DNA of 64,000 nucleotides from Macrostomum lignano (taxonomy: Eukaryota): the NCBI GenBank assembly GCA_002269645.1, contig NIVC01001224.1, positions 1 through 64,000 on the forward strand, in the 5' to 3' direction. Shown here piece after piece: positions 1 through 12,373 of the stretch (its first letter is position 1; every line of letters begins with the position of its first letter). Made by a program: the position numbers and the translations under genes. The notes beneath the pieces are model-generated. The model ran no database searches. It saw only the letters and a program-made list of their open reading frames with translations, and was not told the origin of the DNA.

Positions 1-878
1 GCTAATAAATAATTATTGTGCACAGACCATCAAGCCAACCAGCCAGTTGATCGAGCGGAATTTGAACAATAATTATATTATCATAATAATTACTCAAGTT
101 AACAAATATGCTTAATTCTCTACTTTTTCCCTGTCTCCCCAGTGTTGTAATGGATAAATAATATAGGAAGAACATTGTAGCATGCCGGCAGCAGCTGCTG
201 GAGCTGACAGGCTTAAAAGAAGATTATGTTTCTCCCTTATTTTCCTGGCACGACCTGGGGAAGAGAGGCGGAGGCCCTCTGGTGCTATGGATATTTTCCC
301 CTATTATTTCTTCCCATATAACTGCTGGCGGTCCCGGCTGGCTGAGCAGCAATCGGCCATTTTCCATGGCGGCAGGAGCTCAGAGGGGGGGAGGCTGGGG
401 ACTACCGGAGGCTCCGCCCAGTGCCCCATCTTTATTCACTGCTCTGCAGCATCTGTAGGCAGATGGATTATCGCCTAAGGGCTTCTCAAGCCCGCCTGTC
501 TGCTCTGCTGTCGGCATCTCCTCCTCCCGCTCTGCCTTACCCTCATCGTCTCACTCTCATCTCCATGCCTACAGCTGCAGAGATAAGAACAAAACAATCA
601 CTTCTGCCTTCGCCCTCCTCCCCCCGCCTGTCTCAGAAGAATTCGCTTCAGGGTTGGGGATGTGCGGGCTTGGGAACTGTGGATGCAGGATTTATCTGAC
701 TGGGATTTCTGCTGAGCTGTAGAAATGAATTTTCAAATCAGCCGAGCGTCGCCACAGATTTTATGGTGGGGGGGGGTGCCGAAGTGACGCCCAAAATTGA
801 GAATTTTTCTTGCCTAGCAGGTGCATTGACAGCTGGATGCTGACTTTCGCTACAAAATGATAGTAATAGTAATCATAA

Positions 879-1466
879 CAAGGAACTTAACAACTCAGGA
901 CGCTACACTCGCGAATGGTAGAAATTCTAGAAAAGGCCGCTTGCTTTAGCTGTGTCTATGGCAATGAAGCCTTTTCACTAACATTTTTTCATATTCTCAA
1001 TGCTGGTTCAGACCAGCACTGCTGGTTTGTAGCAATAATTTGTTTCGTCTAAAATCTTGATAAATAGCAACACTCTTTTCATCAAAATGTCAATGAAGTG
1101 CTGCATCCCTGGATGCAGAAGCAATTATAAGAGCGGTGAAAAATGCACTGTTTTTGGCTTTCCAAAGGAAGAAGCTGAAGCTGTGGCATGGCTCAATGCG
1201 TTGCCTGTGCAAGTTAAGGTAATTTATGTTGCCTTTTGAACCTAATTTTTCGTTTCTACTATAAGATACTTATATTAACTGAATTGTGATGATCATTTCA
1301 TTCTATCTGTAGAAGGCTAGCATCTACATGGGAGTCTGCAAAAATCACTGGCCTGAAAATGCACCACTGAAACGAATTAACCGCCATACACGCCCCATCG
1401 ACCCAACCTTTTCTAGAATTTCTACCATTCGCGAGTGTAGCGTCCTGAGTTGTTAAGTAGTCCTAG
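879..1466 (+). mobile_element. Non-autonomous P-element derivative (about 58-bp TIRs, 8-bp TSD) carrying a truncated THAP domain
   Basis: 885-936 is the exact reverse complement of 1407-1458. Termini are CAAGGA.. and ..TCCTAG. AATCATAA is directly repeated at 871-878 and 1467-1474. A THAP coding remnant lies inside. Confidence 0.85.
1087..1406 (+). pseudogene. THAP zinc-finger remnant of a P-type transposase, exons 1087-1218 and 1313-1406
   Basis: Splicing the phase-0 GT-AG intron 1219-1312 gives MSMKCCIPGCRSNY..FGFPKE..WLNALPVQVK-KASIYMGVCKNHWPE..RPIDP. This has the C2CH signature with the conserved P, W and FP residues, and is cut by the right TIR. Confidence 0.8.
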
Positions 1467-1474
1467 AATCATAA

Positions 1475-1803
1475 TCATAATCATGATCAAAATCATAATC
1501 AAAATAGTTGATTGCACCTGCCCCAATTCGAGCAGATATGCAACCGACAGCTCAGCCGCAGCTATTTGCGCGGCGCATCTGAAGGCTGCGTACGGCTGTT
1601 CAGTCCAAGGACTGGGGGTCGCCACACACACCCTCAATTACCCCAGCTAATGCTGGCACCCATTTTACAGCTGGGTGAACTGAAGCAATGCAGAGTTAAG
1701 TGTCTTACTCAAGGACACAAATTGTTCCAGTGGGATCGGGAAGCGAACCCCCGACCTTTCAGTCGTGAGTCCGATGCCTTGATCACTAGGCTACAGCCCA
1801 TGG
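1475..1803 (-). mobile_element. tRNA-derived SINE with CORE/MIR-like central segment, copy 1
   Basis: The minus strand has A-box/B-box-like TAGCCTAGTGATCAAGGC and GGTTCGCTTCCC, then TGTGTCCTTGAGTAAGACACTTAAC..CAGTTCACCCAGCTGTAAAATGGG and an (ATTATG)n tail. It is near-identical to the copies at about 19.5 kb and 61.9 kb. Confidence 0.8.
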
Positions 1804-2597
1804 TTTGGCCATAGACAAATCCAAGAGAGAAAAATCTTTCTATAAAAAATAGAACAAGCTGATTGAAATTTGCTTGCTTGCCTGTCCTCATTGCCTAATC
1901 TCCGCCTCCGGATGGTAAGATAGTTGAGACATTTATGAGTATTTTCAGCGAGATTGACACCATTTTTTACTCTTTCTGCTTTGGCTGTCCTGGAAAGGCG
2001 AGAATTCACATTTTTGTTCCTCTGTTACAGTCACTGTAGCTTATAAGCTTACTGACAGAGTTCTTTTGAGTCTTCACAGGAGGTAAAATTTCAGGACTCA
2101 GAATCAGATCCTGACCGAACTGTTGCCTGCCGCTCTCCTCCCTTGCTCGGTCTGGTAAACAGAGGACGGAGAGAAAAATAATTAACTAGCTACCTTCACT
2201 TCTCGGGCGCGACCTGTTTGCTTAATCCTTGTCTTGGCCCTGCCCGCCTGTCACCGTGGCGAAGGGAAATTAAGTCTGCGCAGGATCGCTAGAGAGGCTA
2301 CTCAATGGGCGCCCCTGTGCGCGGTTGGAGAGCGAGCAGGTGCGGCATAATAGAGCCGAAGCAGCTCCCGCTTCCTGCGGATAGCAAACAGCCAAGGGCT
2401 TGCGGCCAGCTGTGAGCACTCGAGAGCCGACTGACTGGCCAGCTTGACTGACTTGAGCAAAATTGACTCCTTCCAGGCTGAGATCTGCACTCGGATTGCA
2501 GCCAGCGGGGTCTGGAGTTTCTTCCGTGCCAAATTTAATTAATTATTTTTATTCTGAATTTTGAAGACAAAAGTGGACATTAATTCCCGATTGCCAG

Positions 2598-5500
2598 GGC
2601 GAGTTCACCAAGCAGCTGTTCATCCAGTACAGGCGCTCTGACTCGGAGGACTATCGAAACTATTCGCTGATTTCCACTCGGGATGGCGAACTGAAGGCTA
2701 GCAAGGTGAGTTCACCTGAGTTCACCCGGGTTCACTTGGGTTCATCTGGGTTCACCTGGGTTCACCTGGGTTCACCCGGATTCACCTGGGTTCATCTGGG
2801 TTCATCTTGGTTCACCCGGATTCACCTGGGTTCACCTGGGTTCACCTGGGTTCACCCGGATTCACCTGGGTTCACCTGGGTTCATCTGGGTTCGCCTGGG
2901 CTCACCTAAGTTTATCTGAATCTGGGTTCACCTAAGTTCACCTGGGTTCACCTGGGTTTACTTGGGTGCACATGGGTTCACCTGGGTTCACCTGGGTTCA
3001 CCTGGGTTCACCTGGGTTCACCTGGGTTCACCTGGGTTCACCTGGGTTCACCTGGGTTTACCTGGGTACACATGGGTTCACCTGGGTTTACCTGAGTTTA
3101 TCTGAACCTTGGTTCACCTGAGTTTATCTAAACCTGGGTTCACCTGGGTTCACCTGAGTTCACCTGGGTTCACCTAGTTCACCTGGGTTCAACTGAGTTT
3201 ATCTGAGTTCAATGTAGGTCTCAGGTTGGGCCACCGACTCTCTTGGACCCTCTCATGGTGGGTCTCAGGTTGGGTCATTGACCCTTCCTGAGGTCTTGGG
3301 TTGAGAGAAAGCCGCTCTCAAACCCTCTATGAAGCATCAATGGGCCACCATAATGCTACCATATTTGATCTGCTGTCGTGAATCTTGCAGCTCGTGAAGG
3401 GAAACTCCGACCTGAAGGACCGGCGCAACTACGTCACCCTGCGGCCGCCGCTGGTGGCCAGCCAGATCCGCATGTACCCGGTGAACCCGGATCGGGGCGA
3501 GGTGAACGCCTGCCTCAAGTTCGAGCTGTTCGGCTGCCCCGACTACCAGGGCGTCATGGCGTACTCGGCCGCCGTGGGCCACGGCCGCCAGTTCCAGGAC
3601 GCATACTACGACGGCAGGCGCGGCCAGGACGGCGTCCTTCGCGACGGCCTCGGCCAGCTGACCGACTGCATCGGGGCTGACAGCGGCGCCGAGGCGGCCG
3701 CCTACGCCAACGGCGACCCGCTGACGCCGTTCGTTGGCTGGGACCGACGCCGGCTTGGCCGCGACTACATCGATTTGCAGTTCGACTTTGACAGGGTGCG
3801 CCTGTTCGACGGCTTGCGGCTTGACGTCAGCAACGACTTCGTCGGCTGGGACGCCCGGCTGTTCAGCCTGGCCAACGTGTCCTTCAGCATCGGCGGCCGC
3901 CGGTTCCCCAAGTGGACAGCCACCCGGGTGCGGCCCGACCCCAACCGGCGGGGAGCCAGGGTCATCCAGCTGCAGCTGCACCGCCACATGGCCCGCTTCG
4001 TGCGGCTCAGGCTGCACTTTGACCCGGCGGCCAACTGGATACTGCTGGCTGAGGCCACGTTTCAGTCCAGTGAGTTGCTCTGCTGCTCTAATCCTCTGCT
4101 GCTCTGATCCTCTGCTGCTCTGATCCTCTGATCCTCTGATCCTCTGATCCTCTGATCCTCTGATCCTCTGATCCTCTGATCCTCTGATCCTCTGATCCTC
4201 TGCTGCTCTGATGCTCTGATCCTCTGATCCTCTGATCCTCTGATCCTCTGATCCTCTGATCCTCTGATCCTCTGATCCTCTGCTCCTCTGATCCTCTGCT
4301 GCTCTGATCCTCTGCTGCTCTGATCCTCTGCTGCTCTGATCCTCTGATCCTCTGATCCTCTGATCCTCTGATCCTCTGATCCTCTGATCCTCTGATCCTC
4401 TGCTCCTCTGATCCTCTGCTGCTCTGATCCTCTGCTGCTCTGATCCTCTGCTGCTCTGATCCTCTGCTGCTCTGATCCTCTGCTGCTCTGATCCTCTGCT
4501 GCTCTGATCCTCTGCTGCTCTGATCCTCTGCTGCTCTGATCCTCTGCTGCTCTGATCCTCTGCTGCTCTGATCCTCTGCTGCTCTGATCCTCTGCTGCTC
4601 TGATCCTCTGCTGCTCTGATCCTCTGATCCTTTAATTCCCCTCAAGTAGGGACGCTACCACTCTCCGATTCCCCTCAAGTAGGGACGCTACCACTCTCCG
4701 ATTCCCCTCAAGTAGGGACGCTACCACTCTCCGATTCCCCTCAAGTAGGGACGCTACCACTCTCCGATTCCCCTCAAGTAGGGACGCTACTACTCTCCGA
4801 TTCCCCTCAAGTAGGGACGCTACCACTCTCCGATTCCCCTCAAGTAGGGACGCTACCACTCTCCGATTCCCCTATGGCACACGCGGCTCTCAAGTGTCTG
4901 TAGCTACTACGAGCTATTATTAACGTTACCAGACACGACATGCAGCAGCTCTCGCAAATCTGTGTCACACAGATGCTTTTCAACGAGTAACTGGCAAATG
5001 CCAAATATTCAGCACCAGTAAGCATATAGGTCTCTAGAAAAATCCTAAAATTTCAGATCGCGACTTCTCTTTCAATGGGATGAAGCAATTAGCAAATGGA
5101 GCGTCAGCGTTTTTAGCAGATTAAGGGCTTAGCAGACTCACTGTGGCAGTTCGAGTTACATAAAGGTTGCCTGACGCATTAGCGGATCGAATAATTCTCT
5201 AGCTGCTAAAAATTTTGCTCACTCAAAAACTGGCGACGATGAAATCAGAGAGTTCCTCTCCCTCTCTCCTCCTGCCCCCGTCATCTGGGGCATTGAGTCA
5301 TCTACTGGAAGCATCTACTGCGTATAGATAGCTATTGAAAGAAAATGTCTCAACAAAGTCTCACGGATTCTGTATCGACTTCCCACTCCTTCTCTTCCCT
5401 TACCTAAATAGGCCGTTTTCTCCACTCGTCCCCGCCCCCCGCCGAGCTGCTCTCTGTCTGCTCCCAAACACAGATAAACACAGAGCTGCGTGTATTGGGA

Positions 5501-8500
5501 CTGCAAAGACAGGCCGACCAGCACGAATGCGTCATCATCATCCTTAGCATCATCAGCTGCGCGTCCAGCTTCCCACAGGCCGCGTGTGAAACACACGCAT
5601 AAACACACGTATAAACACACGCATAGAAAACACCCGGGAGAGAGAGACTGCTATATACACTACTCTTTAGTCCCCTGCTTTTTGTCTTGCCGCTTTTCGC
5701 CCTGTTGCCGTGGGCCCTCGTTTCCCGTCATCTCTACTTCTCTCTCAGCTTCCTCCTTTGCTTCATCCCGCTCAAGCAGTCGCCTAGCAAACTAACCTCT
5801 GTAGCCTCTGGCGCACCTTGGCTTTCATCCAACTCGAGCCTGTAGCTATAACCTTTTTTTCTCCCGCTCGTCTGCTTCCGTAGAAGCAGAGAAAAAAGCC
5901 GAAAATCTCCGCGTCTCACTGACGGCAGTTACAGAGAGTTGGGGAGGAGGGCGGGGGGGGGAAGGAAAATACACAAGAGCGCACAAATACAACATCAATG
6001 CAAACGCTGGCAATGATGAAGTGCGCATATTCGGCTATTCTATTCATTCAGGCAGTCCACAGGAATGAGGGGGATTAGCGCGTTGAATTTGCCTCCCACT
6101 AGACTGTATACAGAGAAATGAATGCCCCGCAACTGCTGATTGTTGCTCTCAGGTCAACCTGGCCCACTCCCCGAGGCCTGAACACCTCATTCCCATCCCA
6201 GGGGCAACAGCAGGATGAGGCAGCAGGCCAGCTTAGTGCAACTGCAGCATCCAATGCAAAGATGCCTTATCTAAGCACAATCTACAAGATTCCCCAACCA
6301 CACTTAGTTATTATTTTTAGTCACTTGTATATTACTATCAATATTACCTACGCTCGTATAAACCTATATCCGCAAATATAAACTTATAAACAGCACTACA
6401 CGCTGAGTCTTATCTGCTGCATTGGGAAAGAAAATGTCATAAAAAAGCTCGCGACCGCACAGCTTACTTAAGTGCCGTGACCCTCCCGCTAAGCCATAAC
6501 TGTTGGGCTGGGTTGGCAGTAAAACAACATTAGGCGGCAGTCTAGCCAACCCAAGTATTGTAAGTAACCTTTGTTTGGATCGGCGGGGCCAAGTGTGCTC
6601 AGGAATGCCTTGAAGCTCAGCTGACATAGGTTAGAGTCGGTCCCGAATCCGCTGGTCTCAGAGCGATGGCATGTCCCGGACTCATCAATCATGCCGGGAG
6701 TCAGAGCCGCCCACTTCCCCCCCTTCCACGGTGCGGCTTCATATCTGTCCAGGTTCAGACTGGCCAAGGACTACTAGATGTATAAAGTATCTCGATTAGA
6801 AACTTGCTCAGATTGACAAGGACTACTGAATGTATATAGAGAATCTGGATTGGAAACTTGCTCAGATTGGCCAAGGACTACTAAATATATAGAGAACCTG
6901 GATTGAAAACTTGCTTAGATTGAGCAAAAACGACTGATATAAAGAAAGTTTTCCACTCCAGTTTCTATATTTAGAACTCCTGATACGGACTTTGGCAGAG
7001 TTAATGCACCCCCTCCCCCTTGTCAGTCGGGTCAGCCACAGCGGCTGACACAGGGAGAAGTGGCATTTTAGACTGGAAAAAGCGAATGAGGGAAGGGCAG
7101 TCCGAGCTAATAAATCAATAATAAGCATCAGGGCCTCTCTGGGGGGGCAATAGTGCATCTTACTAATTATTCGATAGTGAAATAGACGGCTAATGCGGCT
7201 CACCTGGAAACTGCAGCCTGCCTGGATTCCTAATACGAGTAACCTAAGCTAACTTTATTGGAACTCGGCCTTTTTCTTCCCAGAGAGAGAGAGAGAATGC
7301 CAGAGAATGCTGCAAGATGTATTATACGAATATTCCCCATTTTGTCAGTAGTTTTTCCCCATTCTAGCCAGCCCTGGCCATGGCCTTCTTACTTCTCAGA
7401 GTCATTGGGAAGCTCTGTGAAGCCTTGGAGACGGTCTCTGTTCCCCATCTCCCTCCTCAGACCCCTCCATTCTCTTTCTCTCTCTCTGCGGGATTCGAGC
7501 GGAGTCGGGATTAATTCTGCCTGATGCCTTTCGGGCAATTTATCCGCATGGCCGAATTTCAGCGGCAGGGAGAATATCTCGATGCAGCCTGGCCCTGCTC
7601 AGTGATTATAGACAGTCATTTACAAGGCCGACCAGGGAGCATATTTAGTAATAGTAAGTTCTCCGGGGGCTTAGTGAAGTTTATTATAAACTTTCCAGTA
7701 TGGCCGCCAGGAAGTTTGCCTAATTTAATTAAACTGGCACGGCTCCTGGCCTTTGATCTTTTTTGAACCATCAGCTGAGCTGGCGGCGGTACTTTTTTGG
7801 ATGCCAATTTGACTTTTATTTAGTAAAAAATGTTAACGAATTTGTGAAAGAAATTTTCGATTCAGAATGAGGCCGAGAGAGGATTTCAGAATTGGGAAGT
7901 CTATTTGAGAGGATTTCAGAATTGGGAAGTCTATTTGAGAGGATTTCAGAATTGGGAATTCTATTTGAGAGGATTTCAGAATTGGGCAGTCTATTTGAGA
8001 GGGTTTCAGAATTGGGAAGTCTATTTGAGAGGATTTCAGAATTTTGGAATTCTATTTGAGGGGATTTCAGAATGGGGAATTCTATTTGAGGGGATTTCAG
8101 AATGGGGAATTCTATTTGAGAGGATTTCAGAATGGGGAATTCTATTTGAGAGGATTTCAGAATTTTGGAATTCTATTTGAGGGGATTTCAGAATGGGGAA
8201 TTCTATTTGAGGGGATTTCAGAATGGGGAATTCTATTTGAGAGGATTTCAGAGCGGGGAATTTTATTTGAGAGGATTTCAGAATGGGAAATTCTATTTGT
8301 GAGGATTTCAGAGCGGGTAATTCTATTTGAGAGGATTTCAGAATTTTGGAATTCTATTTGAGGGGATTTCAGAATGGGGAATTCTATTTAAGAGGATTTC
8401 AGAGCGGGGAATTCTATTTGAGAGGATTTCAGAATGGGGAATTCTATTTGAGAGGATTTCAGAATTGGGAAGTCTATTTGAGAGGATTTCAGAATTGGGG

Positions 8501-10379
8501 AATTCTATTTGAAAGGATTTCAGAATTGGGGAATTCTATTTGAGAGGATTTCAGAATTGGGGAATTCTATTTGAGAGGATTTCAGAATGGGGAATTCTAT
8601 TTGAGAGGATTTCAGAATTGGGAAGTCTATTTGAGAGGATTTCAGAATTGGGAAGTCTATTTGAGAGGATTTCAGAATTGGGGAATTCTATTTGAGAGGA
8701 TTTCAGAATTGGGGAATTTTATTTGAGAGGATTTCAGAATTGGGGAATTCTATTTGAGAGGATTTCAGAATCGGGGAATTCTATTTGAGAGGATTTCAGA
8801 GCGGGGAATTCTATTTGAGAGGATTTCAGAGCGGGGAATTCTATTTGAGAGGATTTCAGAGCGGGGAATTCTATTTGAGAGGATTTCAGAGCGGGGAATT
8901 CTATTTGAGAGGATTTCAGAATGGGGAATTCTATTTGAGGGGATTTCAGAATTGGGGAATTCTATTTGAGAGGATTTCAGAATGGGGAATTCTATTTGAG
9001 GGGATTTCAGAATTGGGGAATTCTATTTGAGAGGATTTCAGAATAGGAACTGGGAAAGGTGAAAAATGCGTTTCAAAATGTCTACGACGCCCTTCGAGTG
9101 CAGGTGAACAGTGGCACATGCCCCCTGGCCCCTACCAAAGTCAGACTCGGCCCTCCCCAAGCCCTGGGGGCAAACATACACAAATGAGTCATTTCTATCA
9201 GCTTGTTTTCTGGATTGCAGATGCAGGGAATTGCTGCTAGGCCAGGGTTCAAGAGAGCCGGAGCCTGGCCAAGTTGACAACCCCGATAAAACCAAAACCG
9301 ATTATTACTGATGCGACGTTTTTAGCGCAACGGGATGGCTATTGCGGCAGGGACAGCGATGGGATGAAATCCACGGGAATTAGCCGTGTTTATACGGCTT
9401 GGCCAGCGCTGATTGATGCCTGAAGGCAAGTCGAGGAGCCACCGCCCCTCTGCGACGAGATTTTTTTAGTCATTTTTTCAGTCTTTCGGCTACAGCCGGC
9501 TCGCTTTTTTAGGCTTTAATTAGCACGAGTTTTTGTGGGAGAAAATATCCCGCTGCGAAGCATTGATTCCCAGATCCCTATGCTTGCCTCCCGTTCATCA
9601 ACAAATTAGTTACTGTTGGACACGAGGGAGTGGGGGAGTTTGTTTCAATGTTTCAATCTCGCCAAAAAATTGGAACTGCAATCATTGAATTACTGCTTCA
9701 TTAACTTTCCTTCTCGTCTCAGAACAGCTTTCTCATACTAGTGCGCTCGTACTCATGCTCATCGCTCATGTTGTTCATGTTCATGCTCATGCTCATACTC
9801 ATGCTCATACTCATGCTCATTGCTTATGTTGTTCATGTTCATGCTCATGCTCATACTCATGCTCATACTCATGCTCATACTCATGCTCATACTCATGCTC
9901 ATACTCATGCTCATGCTCATACTCATGCTCATTGCTCATGTTGTTCATGTTCATGCTCATGCTCATACTCATGCTCATACTCATGCTCATGCTCATACTC
10001 ATGCTCATACTCATACTCATAACTTATATTCATACTCATACTCATACTCATGTTCATGCTCATGCTCATGATGTTCATGTTCATGCTCATGCTCATACTC
10101 ATGCTCATACTCATGCTTACACTCATGCTCATACTCATGCTTACACTCATGTTTATACTCATATTCATACTCACACTAATACAGGCATCGTTCGGTCTCC
10201 GCCGTCGCCGGAACGCGACGACAGCTGGCTCGGCTTTGACGACAACGTCAGCAATCAGGCGGCTGCGGTGCCACCTCAGCAGCCGCATCCGCCGCGGCAA
10301 CCGCCTCCTAAGACGCCAGGAGATGCGGAGATTCCAAACACAAACACGAACAGCGGTGAAGCGCACATGGACGACGGGA

Positions 10380-10423
<44 letters not shown>

Positions 10424-12341
10424 AGCGAGCTGGCTTACATTGCTTTGATCTCGGCCTGCCTGCTGGGCTCAACTCTGCTGCTTCTGGTCGTCGGTTTGTT
10501 CTGCATCCGCCGTCGACGCCACTGCCGACGCAGGCGCCTGTTCGGCAAGGCGATCGGCTTCGGCTTCATCGGCGCCGGCAACGGCGGAAGCGGCGGCTGC
10601 TCGATGTCCGGCTTGCCTAGCAAATCGACCACCGCTTCTCCGGCCGCCGGAGCTGCTGGAGCTGCCGCTGATTCGACCGATGCCACAATCGGCGCCGCCG
10701 TCCACCTCGACTTCGGCGGCAGCGGCCGTCCGGCCGTCCTCGGCACCTACAACAGCCTGCCGGAGTCCGACGAGGAAGAAGAAGAAGACGAGAAGCGCCT
10801 GGAGGCGATGGACAACTTCGACGAGGAGGAGGAGGATGAGATCGGCGACGGAGTCGGCGACCGGCGCGCGCTGCACCGAGTCGCGCAGAACGGCGCCGAG
10901 CGGCGTCGGAGGCGAAAGCAGCAGCAGCAGCATCAGCCGCGGGGCCACAAGCTGCACAGCCGCACCAGCCACGAGTACGCCAGCGCCTCCCTGTGCGGCC
11001 CGCGCTTATCGCAGATGCACTCGCAGACGACACAGCAGCAACAGCAGCAGCAGCAGCCGCTCTACTTTCACTACGCCAGCAGCCCTCTGCCTCCCTGCCC
11101 GCAAGCCCCGCTGCTCTTGCTGAATGCAAACGGCGGAGGCGGAGGCGGTGGCGGCGGTGGCCAGCAGCCGCAGCAGCCGCTGTACGCCAGAGGCCTCTGC
11201 GGCGTTCCGCTTCTTGGCAGCAACGGAGCGGCGGGCCCCCTTCTGCCGCCGCTGCCGCCGCCTCCTCCGGTGCCCCGGTTCCCGTCAGATCTCAACATTC
11301 AGGGTGTGCAGCGAATCTTGTCGGGGTCGTCGCTGGAGGGCTTTTAATTATACCTGCACACAGGGAGACTGTAGATTGCACACAGGGAGACTGTAGATTG
11401 CACACAGGGAGACTGTAGATTGCACACAGGGAGACTGTAGATTGCACACAGGGAGACTGTAGATTGCACACAGGGAGACTGTAGATTGCACACAGGGAGA
11501 CTGTAGATTGCACACAGGGAGACTGTAGATTGCACACAGGGAGACTGTAGATTGCACACAGGGAGACTGTAGATTGCACACAGGGAGACTGTAGATTGCA
11601 CACAGGGAGACTGTAGATTGCACACAGGGAGACTGTAGATTGCACACAGGGAGACTGTAGATTGCACACAGGGAGACTGTAGATTTCACACAGGGAGACT
11701 GTAGATTGCACACAAGGACACAGTAGATTGCACACAAGGACACAGTTAGATTGCACACAAGGACACTGTAGATTGTACACAAGGACACTGTAGATTGTAC
11801 ACAAGGACACTGTAGATTGTACACAAGGACACAGTTAGATTGCACACAAGGACACAGTTAGATTGCACACAAGGACACAGTTAGATTGCACACAAGGACA
11901 CAGTTAGATTGCACACAAGGACACAGTTAGATTGCACACAAGGACACAGTAGATTGCACACAAGGACACAGTTAGATTGCACACAAGGACACAGTTAGAT
12001 TGCACACAAGGACACAGTAGATTGCACACAAGGACACTGTAGATTGTACACAAGGACACAGTAGATTGCACACAAGGACACTGTAGATTGTACACAAGGA
12101 CACAGTAGATTGTACACAAGGACACAGTAGATTGCACACAAGGACACAGTAGATTGCACACAAGGACACAGTAGATTGCACCTTGCGTAAATTCGCCTAC
12201 GAAGTTCTCGTACAACTTCGTCTATTTAGACGCTCTACGCTCGTATTACTCACAGTAGTATTCAAACTGCGCCTCGCAGGCTGCACCGGCACGGCAGTGT
12301 ACGCCTGCCCGCCCGCCATCGACTCGGATCGACGCCATGCG

Positions 12342-12373
<32 letters not shown>

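Noticed and set aside
2302-2532. GC-rich block as the missing 5' DDR exon
   Set aside because: All + strand frames hit stops or lack discoidin N-terminal motifs.
4635-4873. 33-bp direct repeats with a small internal palindrome as a CRISPR array
   Set aside because: The units are head-to-tail with no unique spacers, the context is a eukaryotic intron, and there are no cas genes.
9755-10184. His/Thr/Ala-rich N-terminus of the 530-aa ORF
   Set aside because: It is a translation of the hexamer microsatellite; the true exon starts at the acceptor 10184/10185, in phase with the previous exon.
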